From: Deltaproteobacteria bacterium
GTDB lineage: Bacteria; Desulfobacterota_D; UBA1144; Nemesobacterales; CSP1-2
DNA length: 64,000 nt
Assembly (NCBI GenBank): GCA_052390235.1
Contig: JBQTHB010000005.1
Location: forward strand, 320,001 to 384,000
Direction of reading: 5' to 3'
Shown: positions 21,219 to 32,357 of the stretch, piece after piece
Layout: each line of letters opens with the position of its first letter
Numbering within the stretch: position 1 is the stretch's first letter
Notes under the pieces: model-generated
Told to the model about the DNA's origin: nothing
Databases searched by the model: none
Seen by the model: the letters and a program-made list of their open reading frames with translations, nothing else
Translations under genes and position numbers: made by a program

Positions 21219-22379
21219 ATGGCTATCCGAAACCAAAAATATGGCGATAGAAAGTCCTCAGTCGCTCTAGTCCTTCAGGGAGGCGGCGCGCTCGGAGCAT
21301 ATCACATTGGGGCGTATCAAGCTCTCGAAGAGGCGGGATACCAGCCCGACTGGGTCTCAGGCATATCCATCGGGGCGATAAATTCCGCCGTCATTGTCGG
21401 CAATAAGCCTGAGGACCGCCTTTGGAAACTCGAGCGGCTCTGGGATGACATCTCCTGGCCCGGAACGTGGGGCGGAATGCTCATGGGCAACTTCCTCAAG
21501 ATGCATAATGCGGGAAGCGCAATAGAGGCGCTCATGTTTGGACAGCCCAATTTCTTCACCCCCCGACTCCTAAATCCCTATCTCGCCCCCGCCGGGACGC
21601 CCGCCTCTACGAGCTATTACGACACGACCCCTCTGCGCGGCACGCTGGAAAGGCTCGTGGACTTCGAGCTTATAAACTCCCGCAGGGCGCGGCTCAGCCT
21701 TGGGGCAACTAGAGTAACAACGGGCGAAATAGTATTTTTCGACAACGTAGAATCCCAAATCACCAAAAAGCCGGACATCATCACCCCCGACCACATAATT
21801 GCGAGTGGCTCCCTGCCTCCTGGATTTCCCGCCGTGCGGATTGATGGAGAGCTTTACTGGGACGGCGGATGCGTCTCCAATACCCCGCTTGAGGCGATTC
21901 TCGATGATGAACCCGATGGGCATACGATAATTTTCATGATTGACCTCTGGGACGCCGAGGGCCCTGAGCCTCGGACAATGGACGAAGTGCTGTGGCGCCA
22001 GAAGAGGATTCAGTACGCAAGCCGCACCTCTCACCACATCGAGGCGGCGATAAAGAGCCAGAACCTGCGCCGCGCGGCGGAGTTCATGTCGCGCCAGCTT
22101 CCGCCTCAGTATCTCGACAATCCGGCTGTAAAGCAATCCCTCTCCCGCCACAAGGACTGCGAGCTTGACATAGTTCACATAATTTATCAGCCTGCCGAGG
22201 ACCAAGTCTCCCAGAGCGATACCGAGTTCTCCCGCTCTTCAATTGCCGCCCGAAGAGACGCCGGATACGAGGACATGAAAGCCGCTCTAAGGGAAGCGCC
22301 TTGGTTCAAAGCCAAGACCTCGGAGGCTGAAGGGGCGAAACTGCACTGCGTTAAAGCCGGGCGGGTGATTGCCGTTTGA
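21219..22379 (+). CDS. Patatin-like phospholipase (DUF3734-type C-terminus)
   Basis: GGGALG, GISIG nucleophile elbow, YWDGG; GAGGAG RBS, TATAAT upstream. Confidence 0.92.
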   Translation: MAIRNQKYGDRKSSVALVLQGGGALGAYHIGAYQALEEAGYQPDWVSGISIGAINSAVIVGNKPEDRLWKLERLWDDISWPGTWGGMLMGNFLKMHNAGSAIEALMFGQPNFFTPRLLNPYLAPAGTPASTSYYDTTPLRGTLERLVDFELINSRRARLSLGATRVTTGEIVFFDNVESQITKKPDIITPDHIIASGSLPPGFPAVRIDGELYWDGGCVSNTPLEAILDDEPDGHTIIFMIDLWDAEGPEPRTMDEVLWRQKRIQYASRTSHHIEAAIKSQNLRRAAEFMSRQLPPQYLDNPAVKQSLSRHKDCELDIVHIIYQPAEDQVSQSDTEFSRSSIAARRDAGYEDMKAALREAPWFKAKTSEAEGAKLHCVKAGRVIAV

Positions 22380-22469
22380 CGAGCGCTGAGGAGAGGATTT
22401 ATTGCCGCGAAAACACGGGGCGGCAGGTGTTTCAGCAAAGCCCCCCCTGTCTCGCCCCCAGCCCCTCGG

Positions 22470-22650
22470 CCCGGAATGACGTCTCTGCGCGCGCATCATT
22501 TCACCTCATTCTCTGTCTTGCTTCGACTATTTTTTTCTGTCATTTCGAGTAAAGCGAGAAATCTTGAATCCGATTCACCATCCCATCTCTCGCTTGGAGG
22601 GGTGAGAAAAAAACGCATTCATCCAGCGCATCCTGCGTATCCTGAATCAT
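22470..22650 (-). repeat. Right copy of long inverted repeat (core 22470-22624)
   Basis: Reverse complement of 20761-20915; degenerate extension reaches the typA stop codon. Confidence 0.95.
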
Positions 22651-24482
22651 CACTCTTCGTTTAGATATTTCTCCCTCTTCGCCACTATCGCCCGCTTGGT
22701 TGCATCAAGCTCCATTTTGCGGAGTCTGTGGCAGGATGGCGTAACCTCCACAAGCTCGTCTTCGGCTATGAATTCGATGGCTTGGTCAAGCGATAGGGGG
22801 CGCGGCGGCCTCAGGACAACTGTCGCCTCGGCTGTGGCGCTGCGCATATTGGTGAGTTTTTTCTCTTTGGTGATGTTGACGTTGAGGTCCCCGCTTCTGT
22901 TCCTCACGCCGATGACCATACCCTCATAGACGGCTGTTCCCACGTCAATAAATAGCTCCCCCCTGTCAACCATCGAGAGGCTCGCGTAGGATGTGGATTT
23001 CCCCACTCTATCCGAAACCAGAGCGCCGGTTGACCTCTGTGGTATCGCCCCGTGCCACGGCTCGTAGCCCTCAAAAAGCGTGTTCATGACGCCCGTTCCT
23101 TTGGTGTCTATGAGAAATTGGCTTCTAAAGCCGATAAGCCCTCTCGAGGTGATTAAAAATTCGATGTCAACACGCCCGTTGCCGTTGTTGCGCAGAGTCT
23201 CCATTCGCCCCTTTCTCTGGGCGACTTTCTCGGTAACGACGCCCACGTGCGCCTCAGGCACGTCAATAAAAATCCTCTCGACGGGTTCGGTGGTTTTCCC
23301 GTTTTCCTCCCTTGTGATGACCCTCGGCTGAGATACCATGAATTCGTAACCCTCGCGCCTCATGGTCTCGATGAGAATCGCCATCTGAAGCTCCCCTCGC
23401 CCGGATACCTCAAATGCGTCGGCTCTGTCGGTATCTCTGACCGAGATAGCCACGTTTGAGAGCTTCTCGCGCCAGAGCCTCTCCCTCAGATGCCTCGACG
23501 TGAGAAATTTTCCTTCCCTGCCAGCTAGGGGGCTAGTGTTAACGTAGAAAATCATAGAAATTGTAGGCTCGTCAACTTTTATGCGGGGAAGGGGTTTTGG
23601 GGATTCTGCGTCCGAGACCGTGTCGCCGATTTTTATATCATCCACTCCGGCGATGGCGGCGATGTCTCCGGCTTCCACCTTGTCGGTTAGAGTCCTTTGG
23701 AGTCCCCGGAATGTGTAGAGGGATGAGATTTTAAAATTGCTTACCGCTCCGCCTTCGCCGCATAGGGCGTAGGTTTGACCCGCAATGAGCGCGCCGTTCA
23801 TGAGCCTTCCGACAGCGATTCTGCCGACGTAGTTGTCGTAGTCGAGATTAGTGATGAGAAATTGAGGGATGGAGTCGTCCAGCGCGCCGGGCCCTGGGAT
23901 GTGCGATATGATGACATCGAAAAGGGGGGTTAAATTCACCGAGCCGTCCCCGATTTTGCAATGCGCGATGCCGGCTTTGGCGTTTGTATAGACTATAGGG
24001 AACTCGATTTGCTCTTCGTTGGCGTCTAGCTCGATGAATAGGTCGTAGGTTTCGTTTATGACCTCTTGGGCGCGGGCGTCGGAGCGGTCAATTTTATTAA
24101 TCACGAGTATAACGGGGAGTTTCTTCTCAAGGGCTTTTTTTACGACAAATCGCGTCTGCGGAAGCGGCCCCTCGCTTGCGTCAACCAGCAGCAGCGCCCC
24201 GTCAACCATGTTGAGGCTACGCTCCACCTCGCCGCCGAAATCTGCGTGTCCTGGGGTGTCCACTATGTTGATTTTTGTCCCCTGCCAGGAGATAGCCGTA
24301 TTTTTAGCCATTATCGTGATGCCGCGCTCCCGCTCCAAGTCCATTGAGTCCATAACGCGCTCTGCAACCTGCTGATTCTCGCGGAACACGCCGCTTTGCC
24401 GGAGCATCGCGTCAACGAGCGTGGTCTTGCCGTGGTCAACGTGGGCGATGATGGCTATGTTTCTGATGTTTTGCTTTCTCAT
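22650..24482 (-). CDS. typA: Translational GTPase TypA/BipA
   Basis: [43 protein letters not shown]. Confidence 0.97.
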   Translation of the reverse strand: MRKQNIRNIAIIAHVDHGKTTLVDAMLRQSGVFRENQQVAERVMDSMDLERERGITIMAKNTAISWQGTKINIVDTPGHADFGGEVERSLNMVDGALLLVDASEGPLPQTRFVVKKALEKKLPVILVINKIDRSDARAQEVINETYDLFIELDANEEQIEFPIVYTNAKAGIAHCKIGDGSVNLTPLFDVIISHIPGPGALDDSIPQFLITNLDYDNYVGRIAVGRLMNGALIAGQTYALCGEGGAVSNFKISSLYTFRGLQRTLTDKVEAGDIAAIAGVDDIKIGDTVSDAESPKPLPRIKVDEPTISMIFYVNTSPLAGREGKFLTSRHLRERLWREKLSNVAISVRDTDRADAFEVSGRGELQMAILIETMRREGYEFMVSQPRVITREENGKTTEPVERIFIDVPEAHVGVVTEKVAQRKGRMETLRNNGNGRVDIEFLITSRGLIGFRSQFLIDTKGTGVMNTLFEGYEPWHGAIPQRSTGALVSDRVGKSTSYASLSMVDRGELFIDVGTAVYEGMVIGVRNRSGDLNVNITKEKKLTNMRSATAEATVVLRPPRPLSLDQAIEFIAEDELVEVTPSCHRLRKMELDATKRAIVAKREKYLNEE

Positions 24483-24615
24483 AAAATTTTTCCGTCTCCT
24501 ATTCTGTGATGATTGAATTTAGCCGATTTGTCGAACACTCCCCCAGCCTTTGGTCTGCGCTCGGGGGGATGGGCTTGTCAGAGGATACTGCCGCTGAAGC
24601 TCGCGTATTGATTAA

Positions 24616-25107
24616 TCAATCCGGCATCGCAAGGGGTTTGGGCGATACGATAATCCCGTTGCCATCCGAATAGACAAACTCTCCCGGGCTAAAGGAGACT
24701 CCGGCAAACGAGATGGCAACGTTAATATCCCCCATTCCGCGCCTTTCGGTCTTGAGCGGAATCGCTCCCAGCGCCTTCACCCCGAGATTCATCTGCGCAA
24801 TGGCGTCCACATCCCGAATCGAGCCGTAGATGATTATTCCCTCCCAGCCGTTTTTCTCCGCGCTCTGGGCTATTAAATCCCCAAGCAGTGCGCGCCTCCT
24901 TGAGCCGCCGCCATCAACGACCATGACTCTCCCATTACCGGGAGCGCCTGCGAGATTCTTCACCATCGAATTGTCCTCAAAGCACTTGACCGTAACGATT
25001 TCCCCTCCGAAATAGCTCTTCCCGCCGAAGTTTGTGAAAATCGGCTCGGCAACGCGAACCAAATCGGGGTAGGCGTCGCACAGGTCGGTGGTTGAATATG
25101 ATGTCAT
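24616..25107 (-). CDS. rraA: RraA family protein (RNase E regulator / HMG aldolase-like)
   Basis: [31 protein letters not shown]; start moved to the ATG after GGAGAG. Confidence 0.9.
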   Translation of the reverse strand: MTSYSTTDLCDAYPDLVRVAEPIFTNFGGKSYFGGEIVTVKCFEDNSMVKNLAGAPGNGRVMVVDGGGSRRRALLGDLIAQSAEKNGWEGIIIYGSIRDVDAIAQMNLGVKALGAIPLKTERRGMGDINVAISFAGVSFSPGEFVYSDGNGIIVSPKPLAMPD

Positions 25108-25240
25108 AAAATCTCTCCGCTGAGGTTGTGATGCGCCTAGAGTATTCACGAATTTCGCCGAGATACAAGATTCAGTGCGCAGGATTCGGGATTACCACCG
25201 AGACGCGAGCGAGCCGGCGGCTGGCGGTTAGCGGGCTAGA

Positions 25241-25912
25241 CTACTCGACGCTTTCCAGAGCCTCGCCGTCCCAGCGCTCAAGGGTTGTGAATGAAGAAAC
25301 GGGGTTGCGGCGGAGTTTCGTGATGCTTTTTGCTGGTCTCCCTAGGGGGATTATCGCCGCTACGGCAAAGCGAGCTGGGATGGCGAGAAGCTCCCGCAAT
25401 TTACCCTCTTCGGCTATGGGAAGAGTGGTAATGACCCCTCCGTACCCTTCGTTTCGGGCGGCGAGCAGTATATTCCACGCAAAGGGGTAAACCCCCGCCC
25501 CGCTCACGACCCCGACGCGAGCCAGGTATCTATCTATCGAGGCTACTACACTGAGGTCCACGCACACAACGAGAACCACCGCCGCCCCGGTGTAGTGCTT
25601 CATAAGCTGTGCCGGGGCAGGGGTTCTCTCAATTGTCTCAGGGCTTACCGAGCTTGGGATTACCGTATTCCAAGGGTTTTCCCCTGCGGCTTTCTCGGCG
25701 GCGTAACGCTTGGCGGCAGGCTCTGCTAACTGTGCGAGAGTGCGCCTCGTCTCTGGGTCTCGAATTACGATAACCCTCCAGCCCTGCCTGTTGCCTCCAC
25801 TTGGGGCAAAACGGGCGTTGTCGAGAATTTTATACACAGCGGCGTCGGGAATCGGCTCCTCCGTAAATTCCCTTGCCGAGAACGCCCCGCGCATAGCGTC
25901 GTATAGTTCCAT
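25241..25912 (-). CDS. Nitroreductase family protein
   Basis: ARFAPSGGNRQGW, NILLAARNEGYG, IPLGRP. Confidence 0.88.
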   Translation of the reverse strand: MELYDAMRGAFSAREFTEEPIPDAAVYKILDNARFAPSGGNRQGWRVIVIRDPETRRTLAQLAEPAAKRYAAEKAAGENPWNTVIPSSVSPETIERTPAPAQLMKHYTGAAVVLVVCVDLSVVASIDRYLARVGVVSGAGVYPFAWNILLAARNEGYGGVITTLPIAEEGKLRELLAIPARFAVAAIIPLGRPAKSITKLRRNPVSSFTTLERWDGEALESVE

Positions 25913-26063
25913 GGGATTGATTCTCCTCTTTCAATTCAGGATGCTCGATTGTAGTTAGATTTGCATCAGATTGCCGAGACTAATTCTACACGAAATTGGA
26001 TTTACGCGGGCGCGCCTAATTTAGAGCCGCCGAAATCCACCCTCTGGCTAAGCCATATCTCTC

Positions 26064-26092
26064 TTGACAATCCACCCTCAATCCGTTAATTT
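26064..26092 (+). promoter_or_regulatory. Putative sigma70 promoter of etfBA
   Basis: TTGACA-N17-TAATTT. Confidence 0.5.
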
Positions 26093-26193
26093 CTTGCGTT
26101 TCTCGCATAACCTCTTATGGTTTTTGAGTTTTTTCGATGAGAGAGACCTTCAAATTTTAAGCCGAAACTATAACTTTCAGGAGGTAGATTACG

Positions 26194-27027
26194 TTGAAAA
26201 TCGTCGTTATTGTAAGACAGACACCCGACACGGAGGCTAAGATTAAAGTCGCCTCAAGCGGGGATAAAATTGACTCCGAGGGGATAAAGTGGATTGTGAA
26301 CCCCTATGACGAGTTTGCGATTGAAGAAGGAATCAGAATTAAGGAAAAGCTGGGCGGCGAGGTGAACCTAATCACCATGGGACCCGCCAGATGCGCCGAA
26401 GCCCTGCGCACAGGGCTTGCCATGGGCGCGGACAACGCCGTCCACATCAAGGACGAGGCGTTTGCCTTTTCAGACCCCTATGCCGTTGCCAAGGCTCTGG
26501 CGCAGGAAATCAAAGCCATAGGCGGATTTGACCTCATCCTCACGGGCAAAAAAATGATTGACGAAGAGACGGGGCAGGTCGGCATCCAAATCGCCGAGGA
26601 TTTGGGAATTCCACACGTTGCCATCGTTACAAAATTGGACGTATCAGACGGCAAAAAAGCCGTATGCGTCAAAGAAATCGAAGGCGGACAGCAAATTGTA
26701 GAGGTCGCCCTTCCCGCGCTTGTAACCTGCGAGAGAGGGCTTAACGAACCGAGATACGCGTCCCTTCCCGGCATCATGAAGGCGAAGAAAAAACCCCTTA
26801 AGGAAGTGCCCGCCGCCGCCATAAACGTAGCCGAGATTGGGCTCACTGGAGAATCCCTCGGCGAGGCAGGAGCGCGACTTAAGACTGTGAGCTATCGCGT
26901 GCCGCAGATAGAGCGAAAGGTCGCCATCATAAAGGGCGATAAGCAAGCCATGGTGAAGAACGAAGAAATTGCCAAAGCGGCGGCGGAGTTGGTAAAGCTC
27001 CTCAGGGAAGACGCGAAGGTGATTTAA
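26194..27027 (+). CDS. etfB: Electron transfer flavoprotein beta subunit
   Basis: NPYDEFAIEE, LAMGAD, EPRYASLPGIMKAKKK; AGGAGG RBS, TTG start. Confidence 0.95.
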   Translation: MKIVVIVRQTPDTEAKIKVASSGDKIDSEGIKWIVNPYDEFAIEEGIRIKEKLGGEVNLITMGPARCAEALRTGLAMGADNAVHIKDEAFAFSDPYAVAKALAQEIKAIGGFDLILTGKKMIDEETGQVGIQIAEDLGIPHVAIVTKLDVSDGKKAVCVKEIEGGQQIVEVALPALVTCERGLNEPRYASLPGIMKAKKKPLKEVPAAAINVAEIGLTGESLGEAGARLKTVSYRVPQIERKVAIIKGDKQAMVKNEEIAKAAAELVKLLREDAKVI

Positions 27028-27108
27028 TGCGGCCGAGGAAATTTCTCAATGTTGCGGGGAGAGCCGGAAATTTGCGCCGGCTAAATCAATTTATTTCAGG
27101 AGGAAAAA

Positions 27109-28089
27109 ATGAGCGAAATTTGGGTAGTAGCCGATTTAACAATTGACAATAAAGTAAGAAAAGTAACTCTTGAGGCGCTTTCTGAGGCTAGAAAAAAACT
27201 CGGCGCAAAGCTCGCCGCAGTCGTCCTAGGCTCAGGAGTCGGTGGGCTTGCGGGGGAACTCGGCAGGTACGGCGCGGAGAAAGTCTATGTGGTTGACAGC
27301 GAGCTTCTAGAGGATTTCACCCCTGAGGGCTATTCCATCGCCCTTTCTGATTTGATTAAAAAGCACAATCCCTCCATCGTGCTTACGGGAAACACCGCTT
27401 CGGCTCAGGATTATTTCCCAAGAGCGGCGGCGCGCGTCGGGGCGGGGCTTGCCCTCGATGCAGTTGAGCTTGATATGACCTCCGACGGCAGGCTGAAGGT
27501 TCAGAGGTATAAATACTCGGCAAAAGCCATTGCCACGGTTGAATTCCTCGGCAACAAGCCGATGATGGCAACGGTGCGCCCGAATGTGTTTAAGCCTGAG
27601 GAAAGCGCGAAAACCCCTGAGGTTATAAACGAGACCGTAAGCCTCAAGGCGTCCGACATAGTTACAAAAATCATCGAGGTTAAGAGAAAAGCGTCCGAGA
27701 GACCTGAGCTTACCGAGGCGGAGAGAATAGTCGCCGGTGGAAGAGGCCTGGCAAGCGCCGATAATTTCAAGCACATCTACGACCTTGCCGACTCCTTCAG
27801 CGCGGCGGCCGGGGCTTCGCGCGCCGCTGTGGATTCCGGATATGCCCCGTTTGAGATGCAGGTAGGGCAGACGGGCAAGGTGGTGTCGCCGGTGCTGTAC
27901 GTGGCTGTGGCGATTTCTGGCTCAATTCAGCACTACGCCGGCATGGGGTCTTCAAAGGTGATTGTGGCGATAAACAAAGACCCCGATGCGCCGATATTCC
28001 AGAAATGCGATTACGGGCTTTGCGGGGATTTATTTGAGGTGCTTCCGACCCTCACGGCGGATGTGAAAAAACTCCTCTCTCAGCAATAA
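27109..28089 (+). CDS. etfA: Electron transfer flavoprotein alpha subunit
   Basis: [45 protein letters not shown]. Confidence 0.96.
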   Translation: MSEIWVVADLTIDNKVRKVTLEALSEARKKLGAKLAAVVLGSGVGGLAGELGRYGAEKVYVVDSELLEDFTPEGYSIALSDLIKKHNPSIVLTGNTASAQDYFPRAAARVGAGLALDAVELDMTSDGRLKVQRYKYSAKAIATVEFLGNKPMMATVRPNVFKPEESAKTPEVINETVSLKASDIVTKIIEVKRKASERPELTEAERIVAGGRGLASADNFKHIYDLADSFSAAAGASRAAVDSGYAPFEMQVGQTGKVVSPVLYVAVAISGSIQHYAGMGSSKVIVAINKDPDAPIFQKCDYGLCGDLFEVLPTLTADVKKLLSQQ

Positions 28090-28105
28090 TTTCCGAAACC
28101 AGAAT

Positions 28106-28139
28106 CCGAGGGGGGCGGCAATTGAGTCGTCCCCCTCGG
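28106..28139. terminator. GC-rich hairpin between convergent etfA and murI
   Basis: CCGAGGGGGGCGGC/GTCGTCCCCCTCGG stem; no clear U-tract. Confidence 0.5.
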
Positions 28140-28207
28140 CTCATGGGGCGAGATTCCTCAGCCGCTCCAATTTTTTCTTAACTAACCACTAGCCACTAAA
28201 AACTGCC

Positions 28208-29023
28208 TTACAGATCTATCTGCTCAACTCCCCCGACGTCCTGCCCTAAGAATCTCGACGCCGTGGATATGAACGTGTCCGAGGTATCGGTGAGATAAAA
28301 TTCTCTAATTGCCGCGTCGTTGCTTCCACGGTTGGCTATGCCATTTTCTGCGATAACCCTCTCTATTTCGAGAGCGGTTTCGGCGGCGGAGTCAATGAGC
28401 GCGACCCCCTCGCCCATCACTTTCTCTATCACGCGCCGCAAAAGCGGGTAGTGCGTGCATCCGAGGATGAGAACATCAACCCCCGCATCCCTCATCGGCT
28501 CAAGATATTTTACTGCCGTGAGCTCGGCGATTGCTCCCTCTGTCCAGCCCTCGTCGGCGAGCGGCACAAACAGCGGACAGGCTCTGGATACGACCGTAAT
28601 CTCAGGGGCGAGGGCCTCTATGGCTTTTTTATAAGCCCCGCTCTTGATGGTCGAGGGTGTGCCGATGACCCCGACTCTGCCGGTTTTCGTCGCTCTAGCC
28701 GCGCGCCTTGCCCCCGGCTCAATCACCCCTATGACGGGAATATTGAAATCCCAGCGGAGCGAGGGGAGGGCGACCGCCGAGGCAGTGTTGCAGGCGACAA
28801 CGAGCAGTTTTATCCCCTTTCTGAGGAGAAACGCCGAGTTGCTCTGGGAATATGCGATGACCGTTTTGCTCGATTTTGTGCCGTAGGGAACGCGCGCCGT
28901 GTCTCCGAGATAAATTACGTTTTCATTGGGAAGCCGCCCTAGAATCTCCCTTAGAACCGTAAGCCCGCCGACGCCGGAATCGAACACCCCTATGGGGGAT
29001 GAATTTGCTTCTCTCTGTCTCAT
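28208..29023 (-). CDS. murI: Glutamate racemase
   Basis: FDSGVGGLTV, ACNTAS, LGCTHYP. Confidence 0.97.
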   Translation of the reverse strand: MRQREANSSPIGVFDSGVGGLTVLREILGRLPNENVIYLGDTARVPYGTKSSKTVIAYSQSNSAFLLRKGIKLLVVACNTASAVALPSLRWDFNIPVIGVIEPGARRAARATKTGRVGVIGTPSTIKSGAYKKAIEALAPEITVVSRACPLFVPLADEGWTEGAIAELTAVKYLEPMRDAGVDVLILGCTHYPLLRRVIEKVMGEGVALIDSAAETALEIERVIAENGIANRGSNDAAIREFYLTDTSDTFISTASRFLGQDVGGVEQIDL

Positions 29024-29215
29024 CGGGCTTAAATGTTATTCGTAACGGAGTATCTGTCAACAGGCAGTATCGGATTCAAGCGCATCATCTGAGCCAAAGA
29101 GGGGATTTGACACGCGCTCTGGTTAAATGAGATAATTCCCGCTGGATTTTGCCGAGTTTGCATCATGGGCGAGGGCGAGTATCAAGATGTTTTGAGCAAT
29201 CTCTGGGGCTATTAT

Positions 29216-29734
29216 ATGAAAAATAAATCAGCATTCACACCCCAACCCTCGGATAACGCCCCCAGCGCCGTGCTACGCGACGAAGACTATATGCGCCTAG
29301 CCATTGCCGAAGCCCTAGTAGCCAGCGATGCCGGCGAAGCGCCTGTTGGGGCGGTTCTCGTGGGCGAAAAGGGCGAAATCCTAGCCGCCTGCCATAATCT
29401 CACCGAGACCCTAGGCGAGGCAACCGCTCACGCCGAGATGCTGGCGATACGAGAGGGCGGGGCTAGGCTCGGGGTGAAGAGGCTTCTGGGCGCGACTCTA
29501 TACGTTACGCTTGAGCCTTGCCCCATGTGCGCCGGCGCGATAGTTCTGTCGAGGATTCGTCGAGTGGTCTTCGGGGCGAGCGACCCCAAGTCGGGGGCTA
29601 TGGGGTCGGTTTACGCTGTCGGCGTGGATGGGCGTCTCAATCATACGCCTGAACTGAGACAGGGCGTGCTTGAGGGTGAGTGCGGGAGGTTGCTCAGGGA
29701 TTTTTTTAAGGCCCTGAGGGCTGAAAAACCTTGA
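29216..29734 (+). CDS. tadA: tRNA adenosine(34) deaminase (start uncertain, 29165 possible)
   Basis: PVGAV, AHAEM, TLEPCPMC, DPKSGA. Confidence 0.92.
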   Translation: MKNKSAFTPQPSDNAPSAVLRDEDYMRLAIAEALVASDAGEAPVGAVLVGEKGEILAACHNLTETLGEATAHAEMLAIREGGARLGVKRLLGATLYVTLEPCPMCAGAIVLSRIRRVVFGASDPKSGAMGSVYAVGVDGRLNHTPELRQGVLEGECGRLLRDFFKALRAEKP

Positions 29735-29747
29735 GCTTATATATGCG

Positions 29748-30440
29748 TCATTCATCCCTCAGCGGTGCGCTTTGCTTGGGTTCTCTGCCTCTGCCATCGC
29801 GCGCGGGGCTGATGATGATTCTCTTCTCGTCGCCTTCGATGACTTTCGTGTCGAACTTCAGATTGCTCTCCCGCTTCAGCGCGGAGTAGGCGATTTTTCT
29901 CTCGAATGAGGACATTGGCTCAAGCGTAACTGGCCTGCCAGACCTGCGCACCCGTCTCGCCGCCTCTTTAACGCTTTTTATTATTGCCTCTTCTCTGCGT
30001 TTTTTATAGCCGCCTATGTCGAGCGATATTCTCTTCTCTTCCCCGCCGGCGGAGAGCCTGCCGGATATTCTGCCCATGAGAAATTCGACGGCTCGGAGCA
30101 TTTCCCCTCTCCTGCCGATGAGGATTGCTTTGTCATCGCCGGTTTTCACGTCGAGATTTATTCTGTCTGGGGACTCTCTAAGGCTCACGGCAAAGTCCGT
30201 CGAGAAAAACCCTAGAAGCTCTTCAAGGGCTTTTTTGGTTTTAAGCCCAATTTCTGTTATGTCTTCCAGTTTTACCCTGACGCGTACCCTGGCGTTTTTG
30301 CTCCCGATGCCAAAAATGCCCTTTGACCCTTCTTCGATTACCTCGACTTCGATTTCATCTCTGCTTAGCCCCAATTCCTCGCATACGCTTATTGCCGCCT
30401 CGGATACGGTTTTTGCCGCTCTTTCGATGACTATCGGCAT
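29748..30440 (-). CDS. jag: Jag/KhpB (EloR) RNA-binding protein, KH + R3H
   Basis: Jag_N KGIFGIG, LIGRRG, LEPMSSFERK; follows yidC. Confidence 0.9.
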   Translation of the reverse strand: MPIVIERAAKTVSEAAISVCEELGLSRDEIEVEVIEEGSKGIFGIGSKNARVRVRVKLEDITEIGLKTKKALEELLGFFSTDFAVSLRESPDRINLDVKTGDDKAILIGRRGEMLRAVEFLMGRISGRLSAGGEEKRISLDIGGYKKRREEAIIKSVKEAARRVRRSGRPVTLEPMSSFERKIAYSALKRESNLKFDTKVIEGDEKRIIISPARDGRGREPKQSAPLRDE

Positions 30441-30445
30441 TTTGC

Positions 30446-32107
30446 TTATGTCCTCCCTGCTTGTGCGAACCGGCGATTAACATAGAGTTGCTGGGCTATG
30501 GACAGGACGTTGCTCACAGTCCAATATAGAATCAGCCCCGAAGGAAGCCCCCAGAACATCACGGTGAAGATTAGGGGCATAAACTCCATCATTTTCATCT
30601 GAAGCTGGTTCTCTGGTCCTAGAGCCGTGGTGGGGGTCATCTTCTGAGATACATACCACGAAACCCCCATCAGGAGCGGGAGGACTCTGAAATCCAGCCC
30701 CACGCCGGGTATCTGAAACAGAAATTCCGGTTCGGCTAGGTCTCCTATCCAGAGGAAAGAACTGTGCCGAAGCTCTATCGAATAGAGCAAAACGTCGTAG
30801 AGGGCGATGAAAACCGGGAGCTGTATGAGCATGGGAAGACACCCGCTGAGACTGCTCAGGGGGTTTATCCCGTTACTCGTGTAGAGTTTCATTAATTCGG
30901 TGTTTTGGGTGGCTTTGTCGTCTTTGAATTTTTCCTTGAGCGCGTCCATCTTGGGCTTGAGTTCCTGCATTTTTACCTGCATCCCTTTCATCGAAACCAT
31001 GCTCTTTACGGTAAGCGGCAGGAAGACTAGCCTGATAATGACGGTTATTGCGATAATCGCTATGCCGTAGTTTTGAAACACCCCGTTCAGCACGTTTAGG
31101 AACCAAAGCACGGGTCTTGCAAGCGGCCCTATCCATCCGTATTGAATCGAGTTCTCAAGCCCCAGGTTGAGTGCCCGCAACACTTCGTAGTCCATGGGGC
31201 CCAGGTAGAGCTTTGACTCGTGAATCGAAGCGCTCCCCGCTGGAACGGTGTCAGTCGGGTAGGAGAATACGGCTCTTAGCACGTCGGCATCCGCCGTTTT
31301 GCTGATGCGAATCTGGGTTTCCCCTCCAATTTCTGGGAGGAATACCGACATGAAATACTTATCCGCGAACCCGAACCAATTTATCGTGCCTTTTATCGGG
31401 GCTACTGCCTCTTTGGCTATGCTGTCAAGACGTTCTACGTCGCCTGAGACCATGGAGATGAAACTGTGGTTGTCGCTTGCGGATTTGTACTGAACCCTGC
31501 CGTAGCGCTCGATGAATAGGGTTTCGGCAATTGGCTGAAATGTATTGTTTTTAACCTCGATTCTCTGCTCAATTAAGTAGCCCGATGCGTCTATTTTGAA
31601 CGTCTTTCGTATTTCAACCCCTTCGGGCGCATTCCAATAGAGGGCTATCTCGTCCTTGCCTTCAGAGATGTCTATCTGCTCCGAGCCGTCAAACTGGAAC
31701 GGTATTGGGTTCGGCACTTGAATCCCCTTGAGGCTGACGGCGGAATTAAACTCTGGCGGCGCGTCTTTAAACAGGTTGACCCCGGACGAGGCGGCGTTTG
31801 TGCTTTCTCTGTAATTTGCAAGTCTCCACTCGACTATACGTCCGCCGGAGGTGTCAATTACGCCCGTATATAGTGGGGTTTTGACGGTTAGTAGCCTCCC
31901 TTGAGGTTGTTCAAAAGGGGCGGGGTCGGTAGGAGAGGAGGGATTATTAAATACCTCGGCGTAGGTGTCCTGCTGGGTCTCGGCGGTTTTGGCAGGGGCT
32001 AGGTCTGCAGGCGGTTTAGCAGGTGGGGAGAAGAACAGCGTATAAGAGAAAATTATTAAAACCGACAAGGCGAAAAACAATATGTAGTTGAATCTCGAAC
32101 TGTCCAT
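30446..32107 (-). CDS. yidC: Membrane protein insertase YidC
   Basis: Periplasmic domain, NYGIAII, GCLPMLIQLPVFIALY, PSGLILYW. Confidence 0.96.
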   Translation of the reverse strand: MDSSRFNYILFFALSVLIIFSYTLFFSPPAKPPADLAPAKTAETQQDTYAEVFNNPSSPTDPAPFEQPQGRLLTVKTPLYTGVIDTSGGRIVEWRLANYRESTNAASSGVNLFKDAPPEFNSAVSLKGIQVPNPIPFQFDGSEQIDISEGKDEIALYWNAPEGVEIRKTFKIDASGYLIEQRIEVKNNTFQPIAETLFIERYGRVQYKSASDNHSFISMVSGDVERLDSIAKEAVAPIKGTINWFGFADKYFMSVFLPEIGGETQIRISKTADADVLRAVFSYPTDTVPAGSASIHESKLYLGPMDYEVLRALNLGLENSIQYGWIGPLARPVLWFLNVLNGVFQNYGIAIIAITVIIRLVFLPLTVKSMVSMKGMQVKMQELKPKMDALKEKFKDDKATQNTELMKLYTSNGINPLSSLSGCLPMLIQLPVFIALYDVLLYSIELRHSSFLWIGDLAEPEFLFQIPGVGLDFRVLPLLMGVSWYVSQKMTPTTALGPENQLQMKMMEFMPLIFTVMFWGLPSGLILYWTVSNVLSIAQQLYVNRRFAQAGRT

Positions 32108-32132
32108 TTATTTATACCCCTAACCTCGTAAA

Positions 32133-32357
32133 TTATTTTATCGGATCGTATCCGCCGCGGCTCAGCGGATGGCATCTGGCAATTCTCCCTAGGGCGAGCC
32201 GCAAACCCTCCTTGAAACCGCGCTTTTTTATGGCTTCTTCGCAATATTGGGAGCAACTCGGATAAAAACGGCAGGACGGCGGCAGGACGGGAGAGATGAA
32301 ATACCTGTATGACTTTATCAGCAGTAACGCGCTAAAGACCAAGGGATTCCTTTTCAT
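32133..32357 (-). CDS. yidD: Membrane protein insertion efficiency factor
   Basis: CRFYPSCSQY, RCHP..GGYDP. Confidence 0.95.
   Translation of the reverse strand: MKRNPLVFSALLLIKSYRYFISPVLPPSCRFYPSCSQYCEEAIKKRGFKEGLRLALGRIARCHPLSRGGYDPIK

Noticed and set aside
21219..22379. Patatin as a CBASS (CapV) defence effector
   Set aside because: No cyclase or other defence genes nearby; sequence fits the DUF3734-type metabolic patatins
20712..22664. Duplicated short ORFs MTSLRAHHFTSF.. and MMRAQRRHSG..
   Set aside because: They arise only from translating the inverted repeats; no RBS, and they diverge outside the repeat
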